Source: Kondoa subrosea
Lineage: Eukaryota
Reading direction: 5' to 3'
Length of the DNA: 64,000 nt
NCBI GenBank assembly: GCA_039545335.1
Contig: BCIN01000002.1
Location: 1,625,118-1,689,117, forward strand
Notes under the pieces: model-generated
What the model saw: only the letters and a program-made list of their open reading frames with translations
What the model was told of the DNA's origin: nothing
Databases searched by the model: none
In this document: positions 1-12,931 of the stretch, one piece after another
Position numbering within the stretch: position 1 is the stretch's first letter
Layout: the number at the start of each line of letters is the position of its first letter
Made by a program: the position numbers and the translations under genes

Positions 1-21
1 TACTGCTGACCATTTGAATAG

Positions 22-107
22 GTTGGGTCAAGGCCAAATGTCAACTGGAATGTCTGGACTACCTCTTTGAACTTGCAGTGAGGAAGAAAGGTCTTGGCGT
101 GTCGTGA
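22..107 (+). CDS. MDE1: Last exon of methylthioribulose-1-phosphate dehydratase (methionine salvage); gene begins upstream of the window
   Basis: After branch point gctgac and acceptor ag (20-21), the exon reads WVKAKCQLECLDYLFELAVRKKGLGVS*, matching the APIP/MtnB C-terminal W-x-KAK-xx-EC-x-DYLF motif. Confidence 0.75.
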
Positions 108-741
108 TAAGCAAATGGTGATTCGCGTTCTTTTCACTTCTTGTTCACAAGCTGATGCAGAGTCATAATTAGCATATACCAACTGCATTCGCAAGAGTTC
201 GGATCTCTCGACTCTCGCGGGCTTTCGAAAAATCGACCAATTCTTGCTTCTGACCACCACTGGACTTTTTTTTGCATGTGAGTTTTCACTTCGACTGTGT
301 ATTCTCCTCTTCTATCCTCTATTCAAATGATTACAAGAATCATACAGCATTAGAACCGCTACTAGGAAGATCCTTATAAAGGCTCAATGTCTCCTTTTTC
401 ATGTTTTAATTAGACAATGATTTTATATTTCCTGCATAGTCATCACGGTCTATAAGAGGAATACTGACTATCGTGCAGTTTGCAGGAGCGGAAAGTTCAA
501 GAGTTGAAGTCTACTTCGTGAAACTTTGCATTAGTGTCATCTGCCCTTTATAGTTGTCTGCCTGCAATAATGAAGGTTGCAACAGCTGTAGAGCTCCTCC
601 TCTTGCCGTAACCCGCCTGCAGACTTGCTATTGACCTCTTGTATAATTTCGAAAAGTAGTCAAGTTGCTCGCTTTTCTCGTCACTACCATATCTCAAGGC
701 TAGATATCTACCACACTAGTCTTCTGTATACTACACGGAAC

Positions 742-1721
742 ATGTCGCAACGACTTCGCCTGAAACAGCTATCAAAATCCATCGAATTGGCATGCAAGCG
801 TTCATTATCGACTGAAGCCTCCTCTGCTCCAGAAGCAGACACCATTACCTACACAAGGTCCATACTCGAAGCTCGTTCACGTCGACAGCTTATCTGTATG
901 TAGCTTCCCCAATCTACACACATACAATGCAATCTTACAGTGCCGTCCTTTTTTTCCAAACAGTACAAGAACTTGGAGCACTAGGATCTACTCAAACTAG
1001 AGAAAACACTTTTCAACCTCATCATACATTACATCGACCAGAAAGTTCACCTACTTTATCCATGCTTTTAGCCAGCACAGCACATTTAGGTCATAATACT
1101 TCTTTAGCTAACGAAGCTTCTTATTCTGCTATTTATGGTACAAGAAATGGGTTCAGCGTTATTGATGTGCGACAGACGTTGAGTGGGTTGAAGAGAGCTT
1201 GTGGGGTTGTTAGAAGTGTGGTAGAGCAAGATGGAACGGTTGTATTCGTCGGTGGTACGCAACAGATAGTGGATGTTAACGCTAAAAGAATGGGAGAGAA
1301 TGGGTTTGGTACTGTCAAGTGGAGACCAGGTTCGTTGGCTTGTGCTAACATCAGATTATTCGCTGATGTGGGAGCACTTCAACAAACAGGAACGATATCT
1401 AACGCCTCGCAAATCTTTCGTACAACCAAAGTCTTCAAACCTTCTCTTCTTATTCTCCTTACACCGCTGAATAACGTATGGGCCCTGAAAGAAGCAACTC
1501 AAGCCAATATTCCAACAATAGGCATTATCGATTCCAACGTGGATCCGCGCTCTGTGACTTACCCTATTCCGGCAAACGACGATTCCATAAGATGCTTGGA
1601 ATTGATTGCTGGTACTTTGGCTTTAGCTGGAAAACAAGGGATGGAAAATCGATTGGCTAAACAGGCAGCAAGGGAATCTGGGCCGCCTGGAAGAGCTAGA
1701 AAGCAGCTCAGGCATCAATGA
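742..1721 (+). CDS. MRP4: Mitochondrial ribosomal protein uS2m (two introns, 896-963 and about 1329-1388)
   Basis: Basic presequence-like N-terminus; S2 motifs AHLGH, IYGTRNG, W-x-PG and IPTIGIIDSNVDP...YPIPANDDS. Confidence 0.9.
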
Positions 1722-2753
1722 AGACATTTCAAAATAAGTGCGGAACGCTCTTTTAAGAGATTGTTTTCTGGAAGCGCATTTTCCGTTTGCATGATTACGA
1801 CATTTCTGGATACTATTCTGCTTCTTTGAACCTCTTTGTGTCTTTTTCTTCTCTTGTATTATCTCCTTTGGTCCTTTCTCCTCCTTTGCTGTTAGCCAGA
1901 GGATATTTCTCACTGTATCAGAACATTTTGTCGTCCTTACTCCTACTTGAGCACATGTCATTCTCGATTGTGTCTCTGATCGTAGGGCAGAAGTATGATG
2001 CGCGAATTCAAAAGCTCTAGAGAAGCTTTGACGACCGCATACATGTCGAATCCCGTATTGAGACTGGCCGTGTTCACTTGTCCCACTGATTGTTGCTTTC
2101 ATCTCTCTGTCTTTCTTTTATATGATCGGGCGACAAGCGTATCTGTCTCATGTTTCTGGCCCCCCAGGGTTCAGCGGAATTTCATTCGCTGCATGATCTT
2201 CTGATTCTCTGGCGAGGAAATGCTGTCAAGGCGATCTAGTCACTGCGGGCACTTGACTGCCAAGAATTCATAGCCTCTTTGCATTGATCTTCAGGAGCTT
2301 TTGCTGTGTCCGGATCAAGTAGGGCAAAGAAAGGTCATTATATCATATGATCTTTCCAGATCAATACCTTAGACTGGGAGTCTGCCATCCGAATCTAATG
2401 GCATACCCACTGTGGCGCTTCTAGTAATGAAGATGATGACAGAGAGGGCCAACAAATTGCCTTTCGTGCAAAAACCGAAGAGCGGATGCTTGGGGTGGGC
2501 GGATGGGCCAGTTCAAAAAATCATCATAGCGGCGATTCAAATTTGTTGTTCCAACCTTTGACCTCGACACCCTGCTGAAGAACTGACAGCACTATCGTCA
2601 AGCGTCAGCACTCCTTCTACCAGCACCTAGTCGAAAGACTGATCTTGTTTTTCCCCAGACTCATATCACCGGAATCTCGCACGCAGGCGGAGTGACCAGT
2701 GGCAGAGATCTCAGATAGTCCTTGGCCATTGAACATCAAATCTTATAGAAGCG

Positions 2754-5453
2754 ATGGAAGCCCATGAATTCGAGCAACCTGTTCCGCAAACCGCGTCAGG
2801 AACTTTACTCAACAATGATTCGGAATCCTCTATTGATCGTTCTCGGAAATACGAAGAGGGTCCAGCTTTCTCCAAAAGAACTTTTCTTTATCAATGGCGA
2901 CCTTTCAGGGGCATGATCTCAGATGTGCGGAGGAGAGCTCCATATTATGCGAGCGATTGGACATTGGCATTCAAGCCAAATAACATCTATCGCGTATCTG
3001 CTGCTGCCGTACGAATGTACTTTGTCAAGTAAGCTCATCAGAGGATTCTTCCTTATTGAATGAAGCTGACCGTGCGTGTAGTCTGATGCCTGCATTGGCC
3101 TACACTGTCGATATGAACATCCGAACAGGCGGCTCATATGGTGTCAATGAGACGCTTCTAGCATCTGCTTTGGCAGCTTTGGTCTTCCCGATACTGGGTT
3201 TGTCACGAAACACTGGATTTATGGTGTTGGCTGGCTAATTGCTCTTGCTTAGGCGTACAGCCACTCACAATCGTTGGAGTTACTGGTCTGATTAACTTGT
3301 ATGTCTTGAATGTGTCATACTTTCAAGCCAAGCTGACTTCAGACCTTATACAGATTCAATGTGAGTTCAGCCTTGCCGAAATAATGCAAAGTTTGAAAAT
3401 GGCAAAAAGTACACAAATTACACCATCGTTGTCAAATATCACAACGTCAACTACTTGCAATTCCAGGCATGGGTTTACATGTACGTTCAGCAAGCTTTAT
3501 CTCAGATGCGCAAATCTGACACGATCGCTCAGATGGTCCGCTATCATGCATTGGGGACTATCAATATTCAATGTCATGGACTATACACGATTCATCACTG
3601 ATATGACAGCCGAATGTTTCGGTTTCTACGTATGATCCATTATTGATGGATAAGTGGAGGAGTTTTTCTAACTGGTATCTCCAGGTCGGCGTTATCTATA
3701 TAGAAAAAGGTATCGAATTACTTGTACACGAGTTCGATACATCCGGAAAAGCTGCTGGATGGCTTGCATGCTTGGTCGCTCTTGTGCTCGCATTCTCTAT
3801 GTTCTACATGGAACGAGCTGGTAAGTTTGGGAACAGTCTATTACGACGGACGAAGCTGACTTCATCCGTAGGCAAGGGAAAATGGGGACCAGCTTGGTTG
3901 AGACGCTTAGTCTGCGACTATGCGTTCATCTTGACCATCGTCTTCTGGGCCGGGTTTACTCATATGTGAGTCATGGAGTGTGATGGCTCTCACTGTGTGC
4001 TGATGTCCAGGGCAATTGAAGTCCCGGTAACATCAAGTCGTCTGGTCTCGAATATCTTGGTATCACAAAGGCATTCTCGCCTACTTTAGAGTAAGTCTTC
4101 TATCGAGATTCTCCCATCGTAGACTGAAGTATCGCCTTAGCCGAAACTGGGTCATCGATTTCTGGAATCTGGACGTCAAGTGGATCTTTGTCGCGATACC
4201 CTTCGGAGTTGTATGTCTCTATTGTGAACAAAAACAGGAATGTGCTGAACCCTCGTACAGCTCCTGACCATGCTCTTCTGGCTCGATCACAATGTTTCTG
4301 CTCTGATGGCTTCCGCTCGCAAGTTCCCTGTTAACCGTCCATCTGGAGCAAACTGGGACTTCTTCCTGCTGGGTTGCACCACTTTCGTTGCTGGTATTAT
4401 TGGCTTGCCAGGTCAGCAATTTATATATGGGAAGTTCGAAATAGTAGCTAACCAGTTTACAGCTCCTAACGGTCTTGTGCCGCAAGCTCCAGAACATACA
4501 GCTGCACTATCAGTAGAGAAGCAGGTAGATAAGGACGATGGCGGAGGAGATGGTGTACAAGTCATGAAGCGAACTCGAGTCATTGAACAGCGGGTCTCGC
4601 ATTTGGCCATCGGAGTGAGTCCATCCTCGCCTTTGAAAACGATTTGACTGACGAGCTTTGTAGCTTCTGACACTCGGCACCATGACTCGACCTCTTCTTG
4701 TAGCCCTACATACTTTACCGCTGGCGATCTTTGCTGGTGTGTTCATTATCGTTGGATGGAATTCGGTTGTCGACAACGCGTGCGTTCCTTTACAAGCGGT
4801 GATGAGTTGATACTCAGTTCTTCAATCAGAATCGTACACAATACTCTATATCTATTTAGACATCCAAAGATGGTCGAAAACGATCATCCGTTGAAATCCA
4901 TTAGAAGATCCAAGATAGCACTCTTTATTTCGATACAGTGGTTGGTCTTTGCCATCGCTGTCGCAATCAGTCAGATTATTGGTTCGTGCCGTCCACTATG
5001 TTTGCACCAGGCTAACTTCTCATCCTCACAGCTGGTATCGGATTGTGCGTATCTTTTTTCCGTGGATTAGAACTCAAACTGATCTTGCGCTATATTCAGC
5101 CCTGTGCCATAGTAAGCCTAACTCTCATTGTTTGATAGGAATCTTTTTAAGGAGGGTTTGCAGCTTAATTCTTATACCTGCTCGACAATGGTTCGGTCCT
5201 AGATGGTTCACCGACTACGAGCTTTCAGTACTAGACGCGCCTGTGGCGAACTCAGAAGCTGTTATTGCTTCCATCGGTGGTGATCTTCGTGAGCTCATCT
5301 TTTGGCTGGTTTGATTTTCGGAAGGCTGAAATCTATATGCTAGATCTCCTCACTGGCGAAAGACCTTCGCCCGAAGAAGAAGAGAAGTCAGCAAACAAAG
5401 CCGACAGCGGCGAAAAAGGATTGCGAAAGCGAAACAAGCAACCTTCTCAATAG
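2754..5453 (+). CDS. BOR1: HCO3-/borate anion exchanger (SLC4/BOR1 family), many introns
   Basis: DVRRRAPYYASDW, QPLTIVGVTG, LFWLDHNVSALM, APNGLVPQAPEH and VIEQRVSHL are SLC4/Bor1 motifs; multiple TM segments. Confidence 0.9.
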
Positions 5454-5608
5454 AACTCGTTCTAGTAGATGTATGTCAGTGTAGTAATAGATCGAGTTTA
5501 GTATGCATATACTTCGTTTAGGCTCCACTTTGATTGTAATCGAAGCTCAAGCATTGCCTTACATAATAATGGTTTCTTATTCCAAACAGTCACCTTTGGC
5601 ATTCAGGC

Positions 5609-8015
5609 ATGGAGGACTCGCAAGTACCCGAATTGACTGATGCACAGCAAGTCATCAAGGGAGCCCTGGCGCTCGACGAAAGTCAGCAAGACTTGGCCGC
5701 TTGGGACAACATGAGCGTATTGCTCGAAGTGTGGGATACAGTTGAGGATCACAGGAAAATGAATGTGACTGCAGCCAAAAGCTGTCTCGAAGAAGCAAAA
5801 ACGACACCCAATATCAAGCTGTCTGGTAAACCTGAAGATTGGAAATCGCTCAAACATAGCGTTCGAAGGGATGCGAAGGACGTAACGCTCTATCGCGCTG
5901 TTGGCCTCTTCTTACGCAAGCGACACATTGAGCATCTGCTAGCTCATGATTCGGAAACTGCTGGTGCAGATATACAAGGCGCTACTCAATTGTTCGCTAC
6001 CTATACTGATCGAACTCAGTCTCCCTTTTTCGATAATTTGACGGATGAGCAAGAACAGCAGTGTCAAAATGAAAGAGACAGCATCACGCAATATATCGAA
6101 GCTGTCCAAGAGCGGCTGAATATTTGGAAAGGAACCTCCAGGAAATCTGAACGGAAACAGCGAGCAGCATTAGAAGCTCTAAAAACTCTCACTCAAAGCT
6201 TTCGGCAACCTGGAGAAATACCATCTCTCGTCGAAGGCATTAATGCTCATGTAGCGAAAGTCGTTGCCGAACGTCAAGCTCTTGAACGTATCTTTCGTTC
6301 GATTAACGATGCCAGAACTCCTGCTCCACCTAGTCCTGCTGTTGTTGCCGTATCAGCTGCTGAAGAAGTCAGTCCTGCTTTGGCCGATGCAATGGACGAA
6401 GACGATGAATTACCACCACCATTGGATTTCGATAAACCTATTTCTCAACAAGCTGCAGCTACTACGAAGAAGCGAAAACGTCAAAGTACTGTTGAGCCTT
6501 CAGAGATGAAACGTAAAAAGAGGAAAGTCGATCCCAAAATACTTTTGCCCGGACTGCCTATCTTCCTATCGGAACATGAAAGAGACGTCCTTCATGCGGC
6601 GTACAGTGAGAGGAAGGATAGAAAGGAAGTGTATCAAACGGAAGAAGATGTTCGAGGTATTGCGAATGATCTCGGCTGGACCAATGAAGCCGTTCTTTCC
6701 TATCTTCGAGTATGTTCTGCTTGCAAAGAGTCACAGTCTCTTGCTTATTCTGTCGGAAGATGTATAGAGCAGCCATCGATGACGATTTCATCGAGAGGCT
6801 GAAAAGCAAGCTCACACCGGGAGAAAAGCTACTGCTAGAGAACAAATCTCAACACAATGAACAAGAACCACCGAATTTGAGTACATTTGAAGATCTGGAG
6901 ATGAATCTGCTTTCGTGGTCGCTTGCGGATCTTGAAAATTGGTTCGAGGTGAGCAGTTACAGTCCGCTGGCGGAATTTACTGATAGTTGAACAAAAGGGC
7001 CATTGCATCAGATGGGCTTTGAAAGAGCGCAAGCTATCAATACCTGTTGTCGTGAACGAACACTGCGAGCGAATACTAGAAGAAGCGTATCAGAAACAAG
7101 CTGGCAGAAAACTGAAGACAGCAGATGCTAAAGCGATTGTCGTTCAGCTCAAAGGTCCTGAAGCAACAGAAGCAGTAGGTTGGAAGTCCGTCAATGTACG
7201 ACAGTGGTTCAAGGTATTTCACATGATGTCTCCCGTGCTAGATCGAACTGATCTGTGCACAAAGAGACGTTTTGATCTGGAAAACTCAACGATGAAACCC
7301 ACCTCAAGAAAGTCATCCACGCGTACACGAACAAGTAGCAACAATTCTCCGCCATTCGAAATTCCCAATCTCCCAGCGGAAAACCTGTACTTGAGAAATC
7401 AAGAGCAAGAGCAAGAAGCTGCTGCAGACTCCGTCCAAGAACAACCAAAACCAGTGGAAACACCTCACAAACCACAGCTCGCACAAGACAATCCCATTAC
7501 GGACTCTGACTTCATCCTTGAACCCGAACCTGCTCAGTCTGCTGGCGAGTTTCAGCAGATACCTGCTGCTCCTGCTGGTCTAAGTACAGCATCGATACCT
7601 GAGGAAGGATCAGCTGCACCTGACGTCCAGGAAGAAGAGCAGCCTTCACCTTCTGTTCCTGTAGTTTCGAAACGATCCGCCAGAGAAGGCTACGAAGCAT
7701 TATGGGCAGCAGCGAAACCTTTGGATCCACATCTGATTCGAATCATACTTTCAATGGGCTTTACCGTCTCCGGTTCAAGACATTCACCTGGCAGGCCGAC
7801 TTCTATAGGCAGACGAGGGGGTTTCATGTCTCGAACCAAATTGAGCCGGGAAGAAAGTGGGTCTGTGATTGATGAGAGTATCAGTAAAGAAGAGATGCTG
7901 GCACCAGTGACGCAAATGCTGGCTGAGTATGGAAGCGAGCGAGAATTGGGATTAGTAAGCAATCCTGTTTCCCTTTTGCTTATAGAGTGTTGACCAAATT
8001 CTTTGTCAGTGGTAG
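5609..8015 (+). CDS. Uncharacterised nuclear protein with three degenerate homeodomain-like HTH repeats
   Basis: Long ORFs joined by GT-AG introns; NLS-like KKRKR and KRKKRK; repeats ending LGWTNEAVLSYLR, LSWSLADLENWFE and VGWKSVNVRQWFKRR. Confidence 0.6.
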
Positions 8016-8178
8016 CGCGAACAGCGGGGAGGCAAGAAGGCTGTGTAATCTGTCCAATGTTATACTGCTGCTGTAATTTTGAGTTTCTACTCACCTGTTC
8101 GACCGCAAACTGCCAAGACCCATTTTTCTGCCTGCATTCGTGCTGTGTCTCAGATCTGGTCGATCAGAGTTGATCAAG

Positions 8179-9544
8179 ATGGGATACTCTGCAACAGAGA
8201 AGCTGAAGACTTCGATCAAGCGTTCAACGATAGATTATGTCGAGCTCGAGATTTGGCAGCATGATAATGAGGTTCTTTTGCATCGCAAACCCCTGCGCAT
8301 CTCTTCTAATGTGCGAAACAGTACATTAAGTCTGGCTACAGGCGACCTAATGGCTCCTATATGGCTTGTTTGGAGTCTTTCTTCACATGGCACAAGTTTG
8401 TCAATTCCGGGCTATCGCAAGGCAGAGATAATGTTTCATCAGCGAACTGGTCAACATGTGGACGCATCTGCTTGCTGCTTTCTTCTTCTTCATTATTGCT
8501 TGTGCACCTCTGTCGCCCGAGCTTTTCTCTACCTTGCACTACTACTTGGGCACCAGCCTGATCGACGTGTCTATTGCTTCCTGGCAAGAGACAGCAGCTG
8601 TGTACACGTTCTTGTCCGGAGCTGTATTTCTCTTTACTGCGTCATGGACCTTTCACTGCTTTTCTTGTCATTCCGCCAAGGTGAGCTGATTAATGTCTGG
8701 TTTCCTTCCTGTCTCATTAATCAGGTCTGCCACACTTGTAATGTAATAGATCATCTTGGTATTGGTATGCCCATCTATTCGACTGTCAGCGACATGTCTC
8801 ATCGGGAACAGTAACTTTGATCTGTACATCTTTCGTACCGGCTGTATATTTCGGCTTTTTCTGCCATCCGACACTTCGACTTGCATATTTGGGCATGATT
8901 ACCGTTCTAGGTAGCGCAACAGCTTACACGTATGTTCCCGATACGCCCGACACAAATTGACCTGATCCGGTGTGCAGTATGATCAATCCTGTCTTCAGAT
9001 GTAGCTCAACGTGTCTCGATGCACAGACATGTCACTGACCTGCTGATCTGAACATGATAGCACCTGAATACCGTCGTTTGAGAGCTTGGTTATTCATTGC
9101 CCTGGGAGCGTCTGCCGTCTTTCCAATATTACACTTCATCTATCTCGAGGGAGTGAGTTGTGCTCATGCTGATTCCTATATCATACTTATAATTTCCAGT
9201 TCGCTATGGCCCAAAAGACTTTCGGCTTGAATTACCTGCTCTTAGAAGGCTTTCTCTACATAGCCGGAGATGAGTGCCTGTGATCTGTTTGCAAATTCCT
9301 GGGCTGATTCTTTGAGGTCTCTACCCATCTTATACGCGGAGCGCTTTCCCGAGCGTATTTTCCCTTATACTTTCGACTATTTCCCATCGCATTCTATCTT
9401 CCATATCGGTAAGTTGTACTTCTCAAAAGTGTATCACTTTTGTTTATGCTATGCTATGATTTAGCTGTCAATCTAGCAGCCTACTCGCATTACATTGGGC
9501 TGAACGTCGCATTTCAGCACAGCAGAAAGATGCATTGCTCGTAG
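8179..9544 (+). CDS. PAQR / haemolysin-III family membrane protein (IZH/adiponectin-receptor-like)
   Basis: Spliced product has WQHDNEYIKSGYR, WHNELVNMWTH, SWTFHCFSCHS, IDHLGI, LYAERFPER and SHSIFHI, all PAQR signatures. Confidence 0.9.
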
Positions 9545-9794
9545 CGTCACGAACAAATAGAAGGATAGACCGGCCTCGAGGACATAGAATAGAACCATAG
9601 AATGCATTCCACGGAATACGGATTCAACCTCGTGCCTTTGACCGTCTTATGCCTTACCTAAACAGCCAAATTGATTAGAAATTTTTACCGGAAGCAGCTT
9701 GGGATACTACAGTCTGCTCAGAGTATACCTATCGCCCTGATCCGTTCCTTCCGCGAACCTTCCTTTCACTCGCGTTTTTGCAAGAAAGAAAGCA

Positions 9795-11366
9795 ATGAGT
9801 AGAGGCTCTGGCATCAAGATCCTGACTGGTTTGCTGTCGTGTTATAAGAGCAATAGCAATGCATGAGACTCCCTTGCAGGAAACAGTCATCCTACACTTG
9901 CTGCAGCTGTTGCTGAACGGTAAGCTTATCCCCGGAAACTGCCTTTTTTTTTTCTCGCTTACATTGTGCTGCTACAACTTAGATTGGGATTGCCTTTATG
10001 TCGTTGCACAGTCAAGAAATTCTCAGACAATGAGACATCCGTGTCAATCGGTGAATCCGTCCGCGAGGAAGATGTCTTTATCATACAAGTAAACCAACGT
10101 CTAGCGAGCGTATAGACTGCTCGCTGATGCTGTAAGAACAGACTGGCTTCAACCCAAATCCCTCAGTCACTTCTCAAGGATATTCGCGTCCACCTTCACC
10201 CACGCAACAAGCTCATTCACCAATCTCAGAAAAGCAGCCTTTCACCCCTCGTTATCAACCAGCAGCAGATCCGAATGATCTTCTTATGGAATTGTTGATC
10301 ATGATCTCGTAAGACTTCCTTCCTCTCTTTCAGTTCTACTTCAATTTGTCTCATATTACGAACAGAGCATGCAAAACTGCTTCAGCTAGAAGAATTACCG
10401 CTGTTCTGCCTTGTTTTCCTTATTCAAGAATGGACAGAAAAGATCGAGCTCGAGCACCTATCACAGCAAAATTAGTAGCCAACATGTTGCAAGTAGCAGG
10501 TTGTGATCGAGTCATTACACTTGATTTACATGCCAGTCAAATTCAAGGCTTCTTTTCCGTCCCAGTAGACAACCTTTGGTCGGAACCAATCATGTTGCAA
10601 TATATTAAACAAGAAGTGGAAGATTGGAAACATTGTATTATAGTCAGTCCAGATGCTGGTGGAGCGAAAAGGTGAGTCTGAGAACAATCGACCAAACCGA
10701 TGGCTTGTTGCTGAAGAAATCGGCAGAGCTACTACATTGGCTGATAGGCTGAACGTCGACTTCGCGCTCATCAACCGACAACGAAGGAAAGGCGACAGTC
10801 CAGACTCGCTAGGCAATATGGAGATCCTGGTTGGAAGCGTGCAAGGCAAAGTGAGCATCTCGGTGTTCTATATGCGCGCAACGCTAAAAGGTGAACTTAG
10901 GTCGCTATTCTTGTAGACGATATGTGCGATACTGGTGAAACTTTGGCTTTGGCTGTCAATACCTTGATGAAGGCGGGAGCAAGACGAGTGTTTGGATTAG
11001 TGTCTCATGGTGAGCGAGATTGATCATTTCCAATATAAGTGCTATCCATCTAACCTTGCGCACAGGTCTGCTATCTGGAGACGCTATCAAGATGATCTCT
11101 CATCTACCTATCGAGAAATTGGTTGTGCGTGATATTTCCTTGCGGCATGAAGGTTGGGTTTGACATTGATTGATACAGGTTACAAATTCTATCAACCAGC
11201 AAGAAACTTCGAAATATGCTTCAGGCAAGCTACAAACAATGGACATCTCACCCATGCTAGCAGAGAGTATTCGAAGGGTAGGCTTCTTCCTTCTGCTAGC
11301 CGGGCACTCGACTGATCGATGTAACAGACTCATAACGGTGAAAGCATGAATGCAATGTATGTATAG
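9795..11366 (+). CDS. PRS: Ribose-phosphate pyrophosphokinase family subunit
   Basis: [55 protein letters not shown] and LVDDMCDTG motifs. Confidence 0.92.
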
Positions 11367-11516
11367 ATAAATAGACCAGTATAGAGCCCTAGAGCTGTTG
11401 AGCGCATGCAATGCAAATGCATCCGCGAACCCTGCAGTTGTGACTGTTGATTTCGATCAGCGACTCGAACTACTATATACAAGACCGTCTATACCTGCTG
11501 ATACATATCATTAATC

Positions 11517-12906
11517 ATGCCCGCATTACCTCAACCGCTGATGCGCCAGCTTTGGAAGCGAAATCTCGTGACGACATCTAGCAGACTTGCTCACGAGAAT
11601 CCCATTGTATGCCTTCATAAAAGGTGTATTTGCTCGTGACTGATAGTTCCAGAGCAGGGTCTACCTATGTCTGGTGCTCCTCCGACGATTCCTAGATCGC
11701 AGCGCGGCTTGCCAACCAAGCGTAAGATTCCAGGCGTCAAGAAGATTGTCATTTGTGCCAGTGGAAAGGGAGGAGTAGGCAAGAGTACAATCAGTGGTAT
11801 GCCGCAGCTGCTTCTAGAAGACGATCCTGGGCTCATCATGTTGAAAGTCAATCTGGCGTTGGCATTAGCTCAAGTCGCATCGACCTCAACAAGGCAAGCA
11901 CGCGTGGGACTGTTGGATCTAGATATATTCGGGCCTAGCAGTAAGCACAGATCGCTCTGTCTATCCTTACCTATGAAAGACATTTGTGTCCAGTACCGAA
12001 ACTCATGGGCTTGGACAAAGCTTTCGAGCCTGAATTAACTCCACGTGTGTGTAGCCTGTGCTACTCTACTGTGTGTAAATTATAGAGCTGATCCTACCTC
12101 GCAGAGAATCGCTTAGTTCCGTTCATCAATCATAACACGCCTTGCATGTCGATGGGATTCCTCTTACCGCCTTCAGCCAATTCGGATCAGCCGATCGTAT
12201 GGAGAGGTATGATGGTTATGAAAGGTTGCTATGTCTATTTATCAGTCGGCAACAAGCTGATGTGATAATCAGCTGTCCAACAATTACTTTTCGACGTGGA
12301 TTGGAAAGCTTCTTCGGGGTTTAATACTATGGAACCAGATTTAGACGTACTGGTCATCGACATGCCTCCGTCAGTGTTTCAAAGTACTATCTTTGTATAT
12401 GTGTACTAACTTCGAGCTCAGAGGCACTGGAGATGTACAGCTCAGCGTCGGCCAGCTAATACAAGCCGACGGTCAGTCTAGTGCTCTAGATTCTGGCTAC
12501 CCTGATATCTTTGTAGGAGCCGTGATCGTATCGACGCCTCAAGATGTAGCGCTTATTGATGTGCGAAAAGGAACGTCCATGTTCCGCAAAGTTGGCATTC
12601 CTGTGCGCCACATATTTCTCCCTCACAGTCGTATTATACTTATGCTGTGGACAGATACTGGGCGGCGTGCTCAACATGTCTCACTTTCGCTGTCCTTCGT
12701 GCTCGGAAGATCATCGCATTTTCGGCGACTCGTCGGCTTTCGACAACGCTATGTCTGATATGGGTCTAGATAAGCTGACCGACATTCCTCTTGAAATTGC
12801 GACCAGCAAGCAAGGCGACGCTGGAAGACCGATAGTTTTGACCGATGGCCACACCAGCAAGGCTTTTCTTTCGTTAGGGAAGAAAGTTTGGGAGCGAATA
12901 CGATAG
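11517..12906 (+). CDS. IND1: Mitochondrial Mrp/NBP35-family P-loop ATPase (complex I Fe-S assembly factor Ind1/NUBPL)
   Basis: Presequence-like N-terminus; [43 protein letters not shown] and NMS-x-F-x-CPSC. Confidence 0.9.
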
Positions 12907-12931
12907 CAAGACAAGATATTATGATGCATTG

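Noticed and set aside
1623..2340. 159-aa minus-strand ORF between MRP4 and BOR1
   Set aside because: Overlaps the MRP4 3' end, has no recognisable motifs, and no coherent spliced model could be built.
5609..8015. Mating-type HD locus
   Set aside because: No divergently transcribed HD1/HD2 partner, no canonical WFxNxR, and no pheromone, receptor or MIP1 gene recognised in the window.
8140..8814. 224-aa ORF in the ORF track
   Set aside because: Reads through introns; only its first part is the real PAQR exon 1.
9270..9324. U12 minor-spliceosome intron
   Set aside because: Lacks the ATATCCTT donor and TCCTTAAC branch site; the signals are U2-like.
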